Positions 1 to 12,401 of a stretch of 64,000 nt of DNA are shown here, piece after piece. The notes under the pieces were generated by a model, which was not told where the DNA came from, did no database searches, and worked only from the letters and a program-made list of their open reading frames with translations. Position numbers and translations under genes: made by a program. Within the stretch, counting starts at the first letter, position 1. Every line of letters starts with the position of its first letter. This stretch comes from Camelus dromedarius (taxonomy: Eukaryota): contig NC_087436.1 of NCBI RefSeq assembly GCF_036321535.1, positions 75,766,001 to 75,830,000 of the forward strand, in the 5' to 3' direction.

Positions 1-903
1 AATGCCTGGCATACAGTAGGTGCTCAGTAAGTGTTTGTTGAATGAATGAATAGCGTCAACATCCACCTAACTGCTCAGCTAGAAGGTTTACGCTTCTCTC
101 TCTCTTTCATTCTCCTCAAATGACACATCATTATGTTTTGTCAATCTGCCTTTATAAGCATCTCTTAAATCTATCCATTTTCTCCATCCCTCCTGCCATT
201 ATTCTAGGGCAGGCCATCATCATCATCATCTCTCTCTCTCTTTTTTTTTTTTTTTCTGTTAAGCAACCAGCTCTGGATGGGTCCCAAAGCTTCTTGCTCT
301 GTTATCTTTATCCCACTTCTGCTTTGCAGTCCATTCTTCATACTGCTGCTGTCAAAGGAATCCTCTGAAACCACAACTCTGACCTGATCTCAACACTCTC
401 CTATTTAGCAGATTGCAGTAGTTCGTCACACTCGGGATAAAGTTGGAATTCCCTTCCATGGTTTACAAGGTCTGGTCTTTCCAGACACATTTCTTGCTGT
501 TCCTCCTCATTCTTTCTGTATCCTTGAACTTGGCCTTTTTTTTTCTTCCTTGTCCTACACCATCACATGTGCTGTTTCCTGCATTGGAACATTTTTTTTT
601 TTCCCTCTCTGTCTGAGCTCCATTCCTTCTTCCCCTGGCTGATTATTTAGGCCCCAGTTTAAATACCGTTCTCTCAAACAGCCCTTTCCCAATCCTTGAT
701 CTGTTTCAGGCCTCCCTAGCATTTTCTCCCATAGTACCCAGTACCACCCACATGTCAGATTTTATTGTGATGGCCCATTTTCTTGCCTGGATGCTTTACA
801 GAACTGAAAGCTTAACAGGGGTTTCTCATCTCTGCTTTCAGCATTTGGCAATGTGATGGCACAGAGTAAGTGCTCAATAAATATTTCGTGAATAAATGAA
901 TGA
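1..903 (+). mobile_element. L2 LINE fragments (two 3' ends, at about 1-51 and about 60-903)
   Basis: L2 3' terminus motif cctggcatacagtaggtgctcagtaagtgtttgttgaatgaatgaa, and again gcacagagtaagtgctcaataaatatttcgtgaataaatgaatga, with L2-like internal sequence. Confidence 0.8.
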
Positions 904-1039
904 TGAGGTTTGACAATACATGAGTGAGTCACTGTGGCTGGATATTATGTGCACCACTATCTATTTTGTGTAAATATAGCTCTGTCTGCTGTTTTGTGCA
1001 CGATGAGGTTATATCATGCACACCTGCATTTCTTAACAG

Positions 1040-1162
1040 GGTGCTGGGACTGATGAGTTTACTCTGAACCGCATCATGGTTTCCAGATCAGAAATTGACC
1101 TTTTGGACATTCGAGCAGAGTTTAAGAAGCATTATGGGTATTCCCTGTATTCGGCAATTAAA
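1040..1162 (+). CDS. ANXA3: Annexin A3, penultimate coding exon (annexin repeat IV)
   Basis: Flanked by ttcttaacAG| and |GTaagt. The 123 nt translate as [41 protein letters not shown], with the GxGT endonexin motif and near identity to recalled mammalian ANXA3 repeat IV. Phase 0 at both ends. Confidence 0.97.
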
Positions 1163-4100
1163 GTAAGTTTCTTCTTAAAAATAACGAAACATACTGTGCC
1201 TCTCACTACCCATCCTCTTTTCCTTATAATCCTTCAAACATGAAGACACATGACTTAGATTCTCTCTCCCTGTCAGTGTGTAAAAGTGTTTTCTGAGTTT
1301 AAAATAGTAATAACAAAATGTCCCTTAAAGGTATTATTTTTCAGCTCTAAAATCCCAGGCACAGAAAAGAGACTCAGCATTTTTTTTTTTTTTTTTTTTT
1401 TTTTTTTAGTTTTAGTGGCCACTAATAATTCTTTTGTAAATTGCATATGCACGTTGCTTACCTATTTTTATATTGCAGTATTTTAATTTATTTCAGTTTT
1501 TTTTAATGAGAATAGAAAAAAAAGAAAGATATATATTTTTAATTTCCTCTTTGTTTTACTGAAAAGATAGCATGGTTCTGCACTTTGAAGTTCTTTTCAT
1601 TTCAGTGCGTAGGAAGCTTTCTCATTCTTTTTAATAGCTGTGTATCTTTACATTACTTGTATATTTGTACGCACCATGTCAACAGATGTTTACAGTTTCT
1701 TGCCGTTATACAGTGCTGCAATAGGCATACACAATTTCACAAGGCACCAGTGTATCTGAGGGATAAATATTCATGCACAGGTGAGATTGCTGAGACAGAT
1801 ATAAATACATTTGTAATTTTGGTAAAGATTGCCAGTCAAGTTCCATTGTGCCTCAGTTAGTCAACTAGATTCATTCACCAAAATCCCTTTTTGTTTTTAA
1901 CCAGAGCTTTTGGTTTTTTGCTCTAAACCTTGGCAGAAAAAGATGCATGCCCAAGTTGAAATAGAAAAAGGCAACTCTCAGGCTGTGCCTGGGTCTTAGC
2001 ACAGATTTCATCAACCTGCTCCCATTCAATGCAATTTGAATCGATCCTGACACATTACAGTAGTTTCAATCAACAGAGGAAGATACAATAACGTTAACTG
2101 TATTGTACTTACTAAGGCAGAAAAGTAGACTGATACATTTTATAAGGATTGCCAGTAACAAAGTTGAAATACAAAAAGGGCCTTCGGTTCACCCTCAGCA
2201 AACCAGAAAATTAAATTAACCAGTAGCTTTCCCTCCCCCGAGGGTCTGGGTAATTGAGGCTTATTGTATTAGGAAACATTTAAACTATGCGTATCTTGAT
2301 AGAAAGGAAAAATCCATTGCTGAAGAGTTCAGTGTGTAATTTAAAATTATCTAAGGGTTCTTCATTTCTGTCACCTAACATACATTATTAAGTAATCTCA
2401 TTACGTTTTCAGTACTGATGAATAGAAGTTTCTCGATGGTTGAATTTCTGCAACTCAGGAGCTAGAGTTCCATTTTGTATATCGTCCCAGCCTTTGTTTC
2501 TGCCTTCCTCTCCATTCCGTCTATAGTTTAGACATTTCTCTGCTCATTAACATCTTTCTTGGATAATTAGAAGAGAGGGGGAGAGGAAGAAAGTGGGTGA
2601 AAAGCAAATGTACATCTTTTATTACTTAATAATAACTTATTAATAAAAACTTGATGCAATTACAGTTTTTGGTAGATTTCCCTGATCAATAAATTAAGTA
2701 CCTGTTTAATAATAGCATAATTCTAGGATCCTTAAAGGAAAATATAGTAGTTACCCTTAATTAATTCATAACTATATGAAGACTTGAGGTGGGCATAAAT
2801 AAAACAATTAGAAGATAATAATGTGAAACAACATATAATTAAATACTAGACTGTAGGGTATACAGAGGACAGTAATATAGGAATTGAGAGTCAAGGACAT
2901 TTGGGATTAGATTGGGATCATTTCTTAGGGAAGTGTATCTTGAATCTCAATATAGATTGAAAAGAGAAGAAAACTTGGAACTGAGATTTAATCATTACTA
3001 GCAGTGAATGGCTGGACCACAGGGGATGAGCCTGCAAAGCAGATGAAAGTCAAGATGGCAGAGAGGAAAGAGGAAAAGGCAAGACCACTTACAGGAAAAG
3101 TAAGGGCTACTTGCCTGTTGGACATGGTGGTCATTAGATCTGATTTCCCAAACCGTAAGACTTAACACCTTGGAGAATAAACATGGATGAATCTAGAGTC
3201 AAAGGAACTAGTGACAAGAAATGAGAGGCTAGAGCATATTTGCTGTGGTCAGAATGGAAATAGGAATAATTTAAAACAACTGCAAAGAAATAAGTGGCAG
3301 GACAGATTAAGATGGGATCAAAGTGAGGAGAACCACAGGGACTGCTATTAGAAACAGGCAGCAGAAACATTTCGTTCGTTTCTTAACAATTAATATGGCC
3401 TAATTAGGAAGGTATAAATTATGTTCAAAGGTTTTGAAAATACATTAACTTTCTGTGATAACAAAGTCTCCAAAATGCCTTATAAATAGAAGAGCTATTT
3501 TACGAGAAGACATAAGGGTATAAAGGTCGGAAAAGAGGATGAGCGTTTGTTTATTGTCTACAGTGGAACGGAATTTTACACTTAGTTCTGTGACAAGCTA
3601 TTTGAGTCTATTTTCCGAACTGATAGACCCCCTAATAATCGTTTACAGCTTTGATCAGAGATGGCCACAGGGAGGTGTTTTAATACAAAGCTAGAGCATT
3701 GTTGACTCGTCAACAGTTCAGGAGATTATTACACACGGCAAAGCAGGAGTTAGGAAAACCAATAGGGAAGAACTAAAATCTACATAAAACAGAAGAATGA
3801 ATACGAATGCCTGTTGCGGCTCATTATGAGCGTATTGCTCAACCTCTTCCCCTTCGTTTCCTCCACATTACTGCAGTGTGAAATTTGTGATGAGACGTGC
3901 TCACTGTTTGAGTTGCCTGGAATCAAATGAGAATAATGTGAGGGTTTTAGGCAATCTGGGTTAAAAGCCAAGTTTTACCTCTGAGGCCATGCAAAAAGTT
4001 TTACCTCTTTTGCATAACAAGCATGTCGTCTTGCACTCTCACCCTCAGTGCCACAAGGTATCTTTCTGACCCAAGTTGGTTTTTTTTTTTTTTTTTTGGC

Positions 4101-4721
4101 TAGCCTAGGGAGAGGGACGGGGAGACATACTCTTTGGGGTGTAGTTCATTTCACTTAAGTCAGAAAGTGCCGTATGGTGTTAAGGGGCCAGGTTAACTGC
4201 GTCCACATCCTGCCTCTGCACTTATTCTCCATATAATTTGGGGCAAATTTCCTAACCTCTGTTTTCCTCATTTTACTTTGGTAAGTGGAGATATGTATGC
4301 TACCTACTGCACAGAGTTACTATAAGGATTAAAGTAGTTAACCCTTAGAAGAGCAAAGGTTTGATAAATACCTATATAATTTTTTTAAATACTATAATTT
4401 TTTAAAGTTTTGTTAGAAAATTAAGATTATGTAATATTATGTAGTTGATGCACTCATTTTTTTTTAAATCCAGATTGAAATATAATTGCAATATATCAGG
4501 AAGAATTTAAACATTATATATTGTAAAGAAGATGCTAGGCTGGAACATGATAACACTCAGGTATGAATGGATGATGGAATTACAGATGCATTTCACTAAC
4601 TGGTACAGGTCGTGAGTTTCACACGCCAGTGAATCCCCCGATTCTGTGGGATTTGATTCATTTGTGGTCCCCTCATTGTTTATGCCGTGTCTGTTCTTTC
4701 CATCGATTCTGTTCCTTGCAG
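1163..4721 (+). other. ANXA3: Last intron of ANXA3 (3559 bp, GT-AG)
   Basis: GTAAGT donor at 1163 and pyrimidine tract plus CAG acceptor ending at 4721; no other annexin-like exon seen in between. Confidence 0.9.
4180..4350 (+). mobile_element. MIR SINE
   Basis: MIR core-like ttggggcaaatttcctaacctctg...ctacctac...ataaggattaaa. Confidence 0.65.
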
Positions 4722-4781
4722 TCCGATACCTCTGGATACTACGGAAACACGCTCTTAAAGCTCTGTGGAGGAGAAGACTGA
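4722..4781 (+). CDS. ANXA3: Annexin A3, terminal coding exon
   Basis: Acceptor ctgttccttgcAG|. Translates as SDTSGYYGNTLLKLCGGED then TGA (4779-4781), the typical annexin C-terminus (DTSG...LLxxCGxxD). In frame with the upstream exon. Confidence 0.95.
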   Translation, partial: SDTSGYYGNTLLKLCGGED

Positions 4782-5280
4782 GTCAGAACATCTTCTCTGA
4801 AGGCTGCTTCCACGACGGGCTTTTCCTGCTACTCTGCTTACGCCTGTCTCGCAGCGTTGACAAGCAGGTGTCAACAGCAACCTGTTTTCCTAATAGAAAA
4901 TTTCACTATTCCATAATAACGGCAACAAAAAGTGATTATTGTGGAATCTCATCATGGTGTAGCAGTTTCTAAATGAAATCTTTTAATAGTATTGAGGATT
5001 TGTTAATCCCATCCAAATTATATTTCTGCTTTGAAAGTGAGAATCTTTGCACTGTTCTAAAATATTAAATGCAGAACCACGTAATACAAGTTGTGTCTTT
5101 GTCAAAGGTAATCTGTCTGTGTCTAGCATATACCAGCATTGTTTGGTACCTGCCACCAACGACTAATAGTATTTTAAAACATATTTTGTTATAAAAGCTG
5201 TTGCTGCTTCAGTTTATCTATTATCTTATTAATCACATTCATCCTTAAAAAACAAATAAAAATGAAGATGTATGTAATCC
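4782..5280 (+). other. ANXA3: ANXA3 3' UTR (end uncertain, about 5090 or about 5280)
   Basis: Unique AT-rich sequence after the stop codon; candidate poly(A) signals ATTAAA 5064-5069, AATACA 5083-5088 and AATAAA 5255-5260. Confidence 0.7.
5064..5103 (+). terminator. Proximal polyadenylation region of ANXA3
   Basis: ATTAAA (5064-5069) and AATACA (5083-5088) followed by a GU/U-rich element ttgtgtctttgtc (5091-5103). Confidence 0.55.
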
Positions 5281-5769
5281 TGGCCTCCCCTTTCTAGTTC
5301 GACTAAACTAGAGGAGTGGCAACCCATGATAAGTTATTTCAGCCCTCAAAAGACATCTGCTGAACAATTAATACACCTACTACTGCCTGTCTGGGCGGCA
5401 AGCGTGAATTGTGGTTGTTCTGTGCCAAATACTGCTTCCCCAGAATGGGTGTTAACAATCAAGTTTCCAAGGTATCCTTTTCCTCTAAAAAACTTTGCAA
5501 AACTGCATATTTCAAAAAAAAATCTGCCATGTTATCTTTGAAAGGGACCTAATATGAAATATCTAGACAAAAAGGAAATAGATAGGGTAGAAAATTCTAG
5601 TTGGATTTAGTCTGAACTACAATAGAAAAATGATAGACGTGTGAGAAACAGAAACAGTGATGTGCGAGTCCAGAACTTTTAATCAGTGGATTCCACTGGT
5701 GAGCACCTCTGAGACCTTTCAGAAAGATGCAGAAGTTATGTCTTGTTGTGAAATTCCCAAAGTGCATAA

Positions 5770-6920
5770 GGGGTTTAGAATCCACCTACCAGGCTTTGTC
5801 GCCCTGCCCTACCACTTACCAGTCTGTGGTGCTGGCAACTACAAAACCCAGTTAAACCCAAGTTTTCTCATCTGTAAAAGAATGAAAATTATAGCACTTA
5901 ACTTTCCCATAGGGTTTTTAAAGATTAAGTAAGATGGTGCCTGGACATGGCAAGTGTTCAAGTATCGTGTTATCATTTATTGTTACCAAACATTAACATG
6001 ATCAGGACAGCACTGCAACCCTTCTTCTGCAGACCTACCACGTGCCACGCCCTGTGCTAAGTGTTGGAGATGCTAGGAACTAAGACCCTTTCCTTTGGCC
6101 AAAGAGCTTATAATCTGTTTAGGGAGAGACACACATGGTGGAGGCTTAGTGTGCAAGAGGAGGGGAGCGGTGACAGGCAGGGCTGGATTACGACAGCCTC
6201 ATATAGCCTGCTCAAGAGTTTACCACCAAGGGAGAGTCCTGGGAGGAGCATTCCAGGAGGGTTTCAATCAGGGAGATTATGTGGTCCACTTTCTGATCAA
6301 GGAGGAATGTATGGGGGAACAATGCTAAAGGCAGGGAGCCCACTTGACAAATTCATTCTTCCATCAATACTGGAAGTGTCAGCCTAGCTAAGGGATGGCC
6401 AGGGAGAAAAGAGGAGAAAATACACACTCTGGCTTAAGAAATATTTAGGGGATAAAACTGATAGAACATGATAATCAAGGTAGTCAGGTGTCAAGTTTGC
6501 CCCCACAATTCTGGCTTAAGTGATTTGGTAAATAGGTGTCCCACCAAGCAGTAAATCACAGCTAATATTTCCTGGGTGCTTACGATGCACCAGGCACTGT
6601 GTTACACAGTGTAGTGTGTGCTAAATCATTAATCCTCAAGGAACTTTCCAATGTAGGCACTAACTCACAGATACAGGAATGGAAGCTTAGAGAAATAATT
6701 AAGTAATTTGCCCATTAGAAGAGCCAAGATTTACATCCAAACAGCCTAACTCCCAGTGTCCAGGCTCTTAACCACCATTATTGCCTTAGAATTTATCCCC
6801 CCTCCAAGGCCACCGTTCTTTTCAACCCTGGAACTTAGCTATTTGAATGCAGGGATTTTTGTCTGCTGCATTCACTGCTGTATCCCTAGTGTTCAGAACA
6901 TACTTGGCACATAAAAGACA
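5770..6920. mobile_element. Cluster of MIR (+, about 5770-5990), L2 (-, about 6040-6550), MIR (-, about 6560-6780) and an L2 3' end (+, about 6850-6920)
   Basis: MIR core (ttttctcatctgtaaaa; reverse gcttagaga...aagtaatttgccc) and L2 motifs (ttcactgctgtatccctagtg). Confidence 0.6.
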
Positions 6921-7236
6921 CTTGTCTGTAGCATTGCATGACATGCATTTGATTGATTTTGACTGCTCCCTGTCATGCCATTGTGTAAGTCATAAATTCA
7001 TAAATATAATTTCTAGGAGGCCACAAAATTGCTCTGAAGGAAGTGGGGAAACATGATTTTATCATATTTTATCACAGTTTTACCCCTTGTGCTGCTTTGG
7101 AGTGACGGTGCCCCACTACGGCCGTAGAAGTAGCCTTCATCTCCAGTCAGTAAGGGGCAGGGTGTAACAGACAAAACACCAAACTAGGAAGAACTTGGGT
7201 TGTTGTCTTTAATGGGCTCTGATCACCAGTTATCAC

Positions 7237-8014
7237 TGTTGGGCAGGGGCTGAGGTGGGGAGTGGGTTCCACACCAAACGATGCTCTGACCCCAGCCAGA
7301 CAGCCTATAACAACTCAGTTCTGACACTGTCTGCCTGGAGATAGCAGATAACTAACCCACAGGTGAAGGGCTCAGTCCTGCAAGGCTACCTGCCCCCTGT
7401 CCAGATGCCAATCACGTTCAGGTTGTCATCTGCGCTTCTGACTGACTAGCTGTAGATTGGAGGGTCCATCGACCTCCACCTTGGGTTTGATTAATTTGTT
7501 AGAGTGGTCACAGAATTCAGGGAAACATTTACTTAGGTTTGCCAGTTTATTATAAAAGGATATAATAAAGGATACAGATGAACCTCTAGATGGAAGAGAT
7601 GTGTAGACCAAGGTGTGTGGCAAGAGGCACGGAGTGTCCACATCCCATCCAGGTGCACCACTCCCCATAGCTCATGTGTTCACCAACCCAGAAGCTCCCC
7701 AAACCCTATAGTATTGGGCTTTTTTAGAGGCTTCATCACATCGGCTTGGTCAACCATTAACTCCATTTTCAGCCCTTCTCCCTTCTCAAGAAAATAGGGG
7801 GCAGGGCTGAAAATTCCAAACATCTAATCATGGCTTGATCTTACCGAGGGCCAGCCCTCATCCAGGAGCCACGTAGAGTTACCTCATTAGCAAAGGTCAA
7901 ATATTAAAATCAAAGATGCTCCCAGTGCTCTTATCACTTAGGAAATCATAAGAGTTCTAAGAGCTCAGTGCCAGGAACGAGAGGCAGAGACCAACATATT
8001 TTTCTGTTATCTCA
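7237..8014 (-). mobile_element. MER21-like solo LTR
   Basis: TG...CA ends. The reverse complement begins tgagata...ttggtctctgcctctcgttcctggcactgagctc, and the element contains ctcagttctgacact..ctggagatagca and ttgattaatttgttagagtgg, as in recalled MER21A/B. Confidence 0.75.
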
Positions 8015-9040
8015 TCCTCTTGCTTTCCCAGGGAATCACTGTGTTCTCTGTCACACAAAAAAATAAAGGCCAGCCACTCAACCACTGTGAATGTCAGTGT
8101 AAATGTTATATATTTCTCACTTCTTAGCCCAGTTCCCTGTTCATAGTAGGAACACGACAAATTGCAATGACAGTGATTTGTAAAGCAGGGGAGAAGATCT
8201 TTCCTGCTATTCGTACCAGATTGATGTCAGGAGCACAGGAAATAATCATGCGAGCTACCATGAGAAGTACTAAATGTCATTCACCTGTGGTGTAGAACTG
8301 TGGCATTGATATTAAAATAATCAAATTTTGTTGTGTATACGAATCAAGGACTTCCCACGTGCTGAATACCGTGCTAGACATTTTAGATCCCATTTCTTCT
8401 CAGCGCAGGATTGCACGTGTCACTATTATCCTCACTTAACAAATGAGGAAAGTGAAGCTCAGGAAGGTTAGGTTACTAGCCCAAGTTTACACAACGGGAA
8501 ACCAAGGTGTAGGATCCAGGTCAGACGGTATCTGTGCATGAATGAGGATGAAGGAAGATAAGGACGTGAAGGGAGTGGCGATCACTGGACAGAATGCTGC
8601 AAAGAGAAGGGAACTGAGACAATGAAAGACTCCAAGGAAAGCTTCCTCCTCCAACCCTTCTGCTCTCTTCCTCCTTGCCTTGTGGGCACCGGGCCTGCTG
8701 AGAGATGCTGAAAGTATTTTGCTGATGATTCTGATGGAACGTGGTTATCTCACCCTTAGTGACCCTTCCAAAGGATTGTAATATTTATTTAAATATTTAA
8801 ATACTATATGAGGATGAGAGGGGAGATCTATTTAAATACTATCTGGTACATGGCAGTGCGTGGTTTAGGCCACGGGCCCTGGCGTCATGCTGCCCAGATC
8901 TGTGACTTTTGGCAAATTACTTTACCTTGCTAAGCCACAGACCCCTCACCCTTAAAATGGGGACAATGGTAGTTCCTACCTCATAAAATTATTTTTATAA
9001 TTAAATGAGAAAACATTTAAAAGATGTTTAGCATGGAGTT

Positions 9041-9171
9041 GGGGTGGTGTAGCTCAGTGGTAGAGCACATGCTTAGCATGCACAAGGTCCTAGGTTCAAT
9101 CCCCCAGAACCGTCATTAAAAATAAATAAATAAATGAATAAATACAATTTCTTTTACAAAAATTAAAAAAT
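9041..9171 (+). mobile_element. Vic-1-type tRNA-derived SINE inserted in a MIR
   Basis: tagctcagtggtagagcacatgcttagcatgcacaaggtcctaggttcaatccc (A and B boxes), A-rich tail, degenerate TSD aaaagatgtttagcat / aaaagttgtttaacat. Confidence 0.9.
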
Positions 9172-9831
9172 AAAAGTTGTTTAACATAGTGCCTAACGTA
9201 CGGTAAGCCCTCAATAAATGTTAGCCCAGATCATATTACTATTACAATGTATTATTCAAATGCCATGTTTTTTCTTGCCTCTGATTTCCACAAGGTGGCA
9301 GGTCGAGTTCAAATTGGACCCTGTGGTTCCGTGTCCCAAAGGCAAAACCTATTTATTTTAATTGCTTCAGAATAACTGGGCCAAATATGAATTATTCGGG
9401 AACATCTTCATTGTCTGTAGAATGTTATGGTCCAGGCATCTTACTGTTGCTGTAAAATCCTTCTTAATGGAACATATGGATCATTTAATTTAATCCTCTT
9501 GTTTCTCACAATTCCCAGGACCATCTGCATTTACATGAAATGTATGTTAACTCTTCCAGGGATCAGCCGGCTAAGTGAGTACATTCAAGTCACCTCGTTA
9601 TGCACTGTTTGGTTCATGAATGACTGTGAAGAGGAGAAAACTAGCAAACTGGAAAGAGTCCTGGGCTCTGTGATTGGTGAACTGCAGAAGGATGGAGATT
9701 TGTACACCTCATTCTGGAGTGGGAGGATATTTGGTCTATTTACACAGCGCTACAAAAAAAAATGACAAATGCAGACATTGAATAGGGGTGTCTCTAGCCT
9801 ATTTGTAAGGGTGTGTTGAGGGAAATGTTTA

Positions 9832-9965
9832 TTTTTTTAATTTTTAATTTTTTTTAGTTGAAATATAGTCAGTTACAATGTCGTGTCTATTCCTGGCAGA
9901 CAGCATAATGTCTCAGTCACACATATACGTACATATACTCCCCTTCATATTCTTTTTCATTATAG
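9832..9965 (-). mobile_element. 5'-truncated L1 3' end
   Basis: Poly(T) then gttgaaatatagtcagttacaatg...attctttttcattatagg; exact 12-bp TSD gggaaatgttta at 9820-9831 and 9966-9977. Confidence 0.88.
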
Positions 9966-10204
9966 GGGAAATGTTTAAATAGTATAATCCAACCTTTACT
10001 TCTGTGTATCCTCTCCTTTTTCCATCTCCCTAATTTCATGTCATATTGATAACCTCCAATTTCTACAGTTTTACTTTGTCTCTAAAGCATTGGTTTGGAG
10101 GCCAGATCAAACTGCATCCAAATCCTGGTCCTCTGCTCATTGTAGCAGTGTTTCTGGCAGTCAGCATTTGACAACTACTTAACTTCCTTACACCTCAATT
10201 CTTT

Positions 10205-10311
10205 TTTAAAAATTCAATTTAATTTTTTAAATTGAGGTAACATTGATTTATGACATTATATAAATTTCATGGGTACAGTGTTATATTCCTACTTCTGCGT
10301 ACCTTACAACA
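10205..10311 (-). mobile_element. Short L1 3' end inserted in a MIR
   Basis: ttttaaattgaggtaacattgatttatgacattatataaatttc; TSD tcaattcttt at 10195-10204 and 10312-10321. Confidence 0.75.
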
Positions 10312-12096
10312 TCAATTCTTTACCTGCTAATAACAGCCCCTACCTGAAAGTTGTGAGGATTAAATGAAATAAATCACGTGAAGAATTTAATTCAATCAGA
10401 AGTAGTTACTAGTAATTGCATTGGCATAGCCCTGCCCAGCAAATGGAAGAGAGTAGGTGTTCAGTAAGCATTTGTAGAATAAATTATCCCACTGCAGAGG
10501 GATAGTAACTCTAAGACTGGCCTTGGACGTCTTCAAGGAAAACACTGAAATCAGTGTTATCTTGTCAAATGTGTTCTCTGATGCTGGGAGTCAAATATGT
10601 AAGTTTGTCCAGACTTATTTCCTGGCCATCACTTGAATTGTGTGACAGGTGAGCAGTCGATTTACTTAACCTTTCTGTGCCTCAGTTCCTTATCTGTAAA
10701 GCCAGGACGGCACTAGCATTTAGTGGTTCAGATACAGATGGGTGAGTTATTGAGTTTTCAATTAGTCAGTTTAAGTAAAACACTCAGCACAGGGTTTGCC
10801 CCACCTTAAGTGTTCAATGAGCGTTGACTGCTATCCTCTGGCTCTGTTTGGAAGACCTACAATTGCTTTTGCTTGATTCACTTGGGGGATTTTTGGATGT
10901 TGTAAAGTGAACTCTCCTAGTTTGTAATTAGGAAAGGAGATAAAAGCGACCTCTTGGCAATTCCCTGCTCATGAAACCTTGTATTTTACAACCCACGGAA
11001 ATCACCCTAGATTTCTTTTCAAACCCACCCCGGCAAACTGACAGATTCAGATCTTTCCCACCCACTTTCTGGGCGTCTCCCGTGGGACTGTGGAAGTAAA
11101 GCAAGTGTTAGTTGCTTTGTGCATGAACTCTGTTACTAGTGCTGCATTTCTGCTAGTGTCAGCAAGCTCAGCTTTCTGCCGGTTCCGTCTACCAGAGGGT
11201 CAGCCCTGCTCTGAGACTAGAGTTTGCCTGTTTCTGTGGATTTTGTAAAGTCAAAAGTGGAAGGAAGGAGAATTTCAAGTGAGGAGGTGAATTACAAAGG
11301 AGAGGTAGCATCGAATGGCTGCTGCAATAAAGAATAGAAAAGAAATCCCAAACCCTCTAATCCAAGACACCAAAACAGCCCATTCAGCTGTACGAGTTTT
11401 AAAACCCAGCTCTGCACAGAGAAAATGGGCCAGTGAAACCTACCCGAGTCCTCTTCTGGCACCAGCTTCGTGGAACTGATGTGGCGATAAATAATTGCCC
11501 AGGGTGACTCGCAGAGCTCTGAGCCTGCCCCGAAGTAACAACTGCTACACTGTCAACCACCAGGCAAATGAGAACTTTGACAAAGGACACTGAGATCAAA
11601 TTGGCTCCTACACACGTGAGCAGGCCACAGTAGCGGGGGAGTGGGGAGAGCAGAGGTCCCGGTGGGGAGCGAGTGAGCAGGAGCCAAATTCACACCTCCA
11701 CTTGGAGAACTGCAGCCTGGGCGTCACTGGCCTATACAGGTGCCCCTGGCCACATGAACTCCATGGAGTTTAGAGATTTTCAACATGGAAAATTTAAACT
11801 TTTTGTGTTGTTTTGTGTTAGAGAGCCAAGTGCACAAGACAAACTTAGATCACGTATTGCACGCTGTTTAAACAGGTGTTGACTGATCTCTTCATGTCTT
11901 CCTTGGTTGCTGTCAGTCAAATCAACTCCTTGAGCCCTTATTCCTTCAAGGACTTATTGCATGGTCACCATGGCCCAGGAACTGTGCTGGGTGCTGGGAT
12001 TATAAAGCTACTCATTTTCTGACTTCCAAGACTTATTCTGCAGAATGTGGAAGAGAAAGTAAAGATGGATACCTAGCTAATTAGCAAAGATAGCCT

Positions 12097-12172
12097 GGTG
12101 GTAGTGATGGGGGTGGTGGTGGTAGTGATAGTAATAGTGGTGATGTTGGTGGTAGTGGCGGTGGTGGATGGG
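12097..12172. repeat. (GGT/AGT)n degenerate trinucleotide repeat
   Basis: gtggtagtgatgggggtggtggtggtagtgatagtaatagtggtg... Confidence 0.85.
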
Positions 12173-12199
12173 TTTGGGCCACCTGTCTGCTGCATTTCT

Positions 12200-12401
12200 T
12201 TTTTTAAATTAATTTATTTTTTATTGCAGTACAGTCAATTACAATGTGTCAATTTCCAGTGCACAGTACAATGTCCCAGTCCTGCATATACACACATATA
12301 TTCGTTTTCATATTTTTTCATTAAAGGTTATTACAAGATATTGAACATAGTTTCCTGTTCTATACAGAATAAACTTTTTTAAAGGCTATTTTTATATCGA
12401 G
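12200..12401 (-). mobile_element. 5'-truncated L1 3' end
   Basis: ttattgcagtacagtcaattacaatgtgtcaatttccagtg...ttacaagatattgaacatagtt; degenerate 17-bp TSD ctgtctgctgcatttct / ctggctgccccatttct. Confidence 0.85.

Noticed and set aside
1380..1415. T28 run followed by AG as a cryptic ANXA3 acceptor
   Set aside because: Splicing there would hit a stop almost at once and drop the conserved C-terminus; no supporting evidence, likely just a homopolymer.
4646..4972. 108-aa ORF spanning the ANXA3 terminal exon
   Set aside because: Different frame from the annexin reading, non-ATG start inside the intron; a chance overlap.
9041..9112. tRNA-like sequences with A and B boxes (also near 15410, 27770, 33860, 44350 and 44510)
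   Set aside because: These are SINE heads with A-rich tails, most with TSDs; they are not tRNA genes.
12098..12382. Val-rich 94-aa ORF resembling a membrane protein
   Set aside because: Produced by a (GGT)n low-complexity tract plus an antisense L1 3' UTR.
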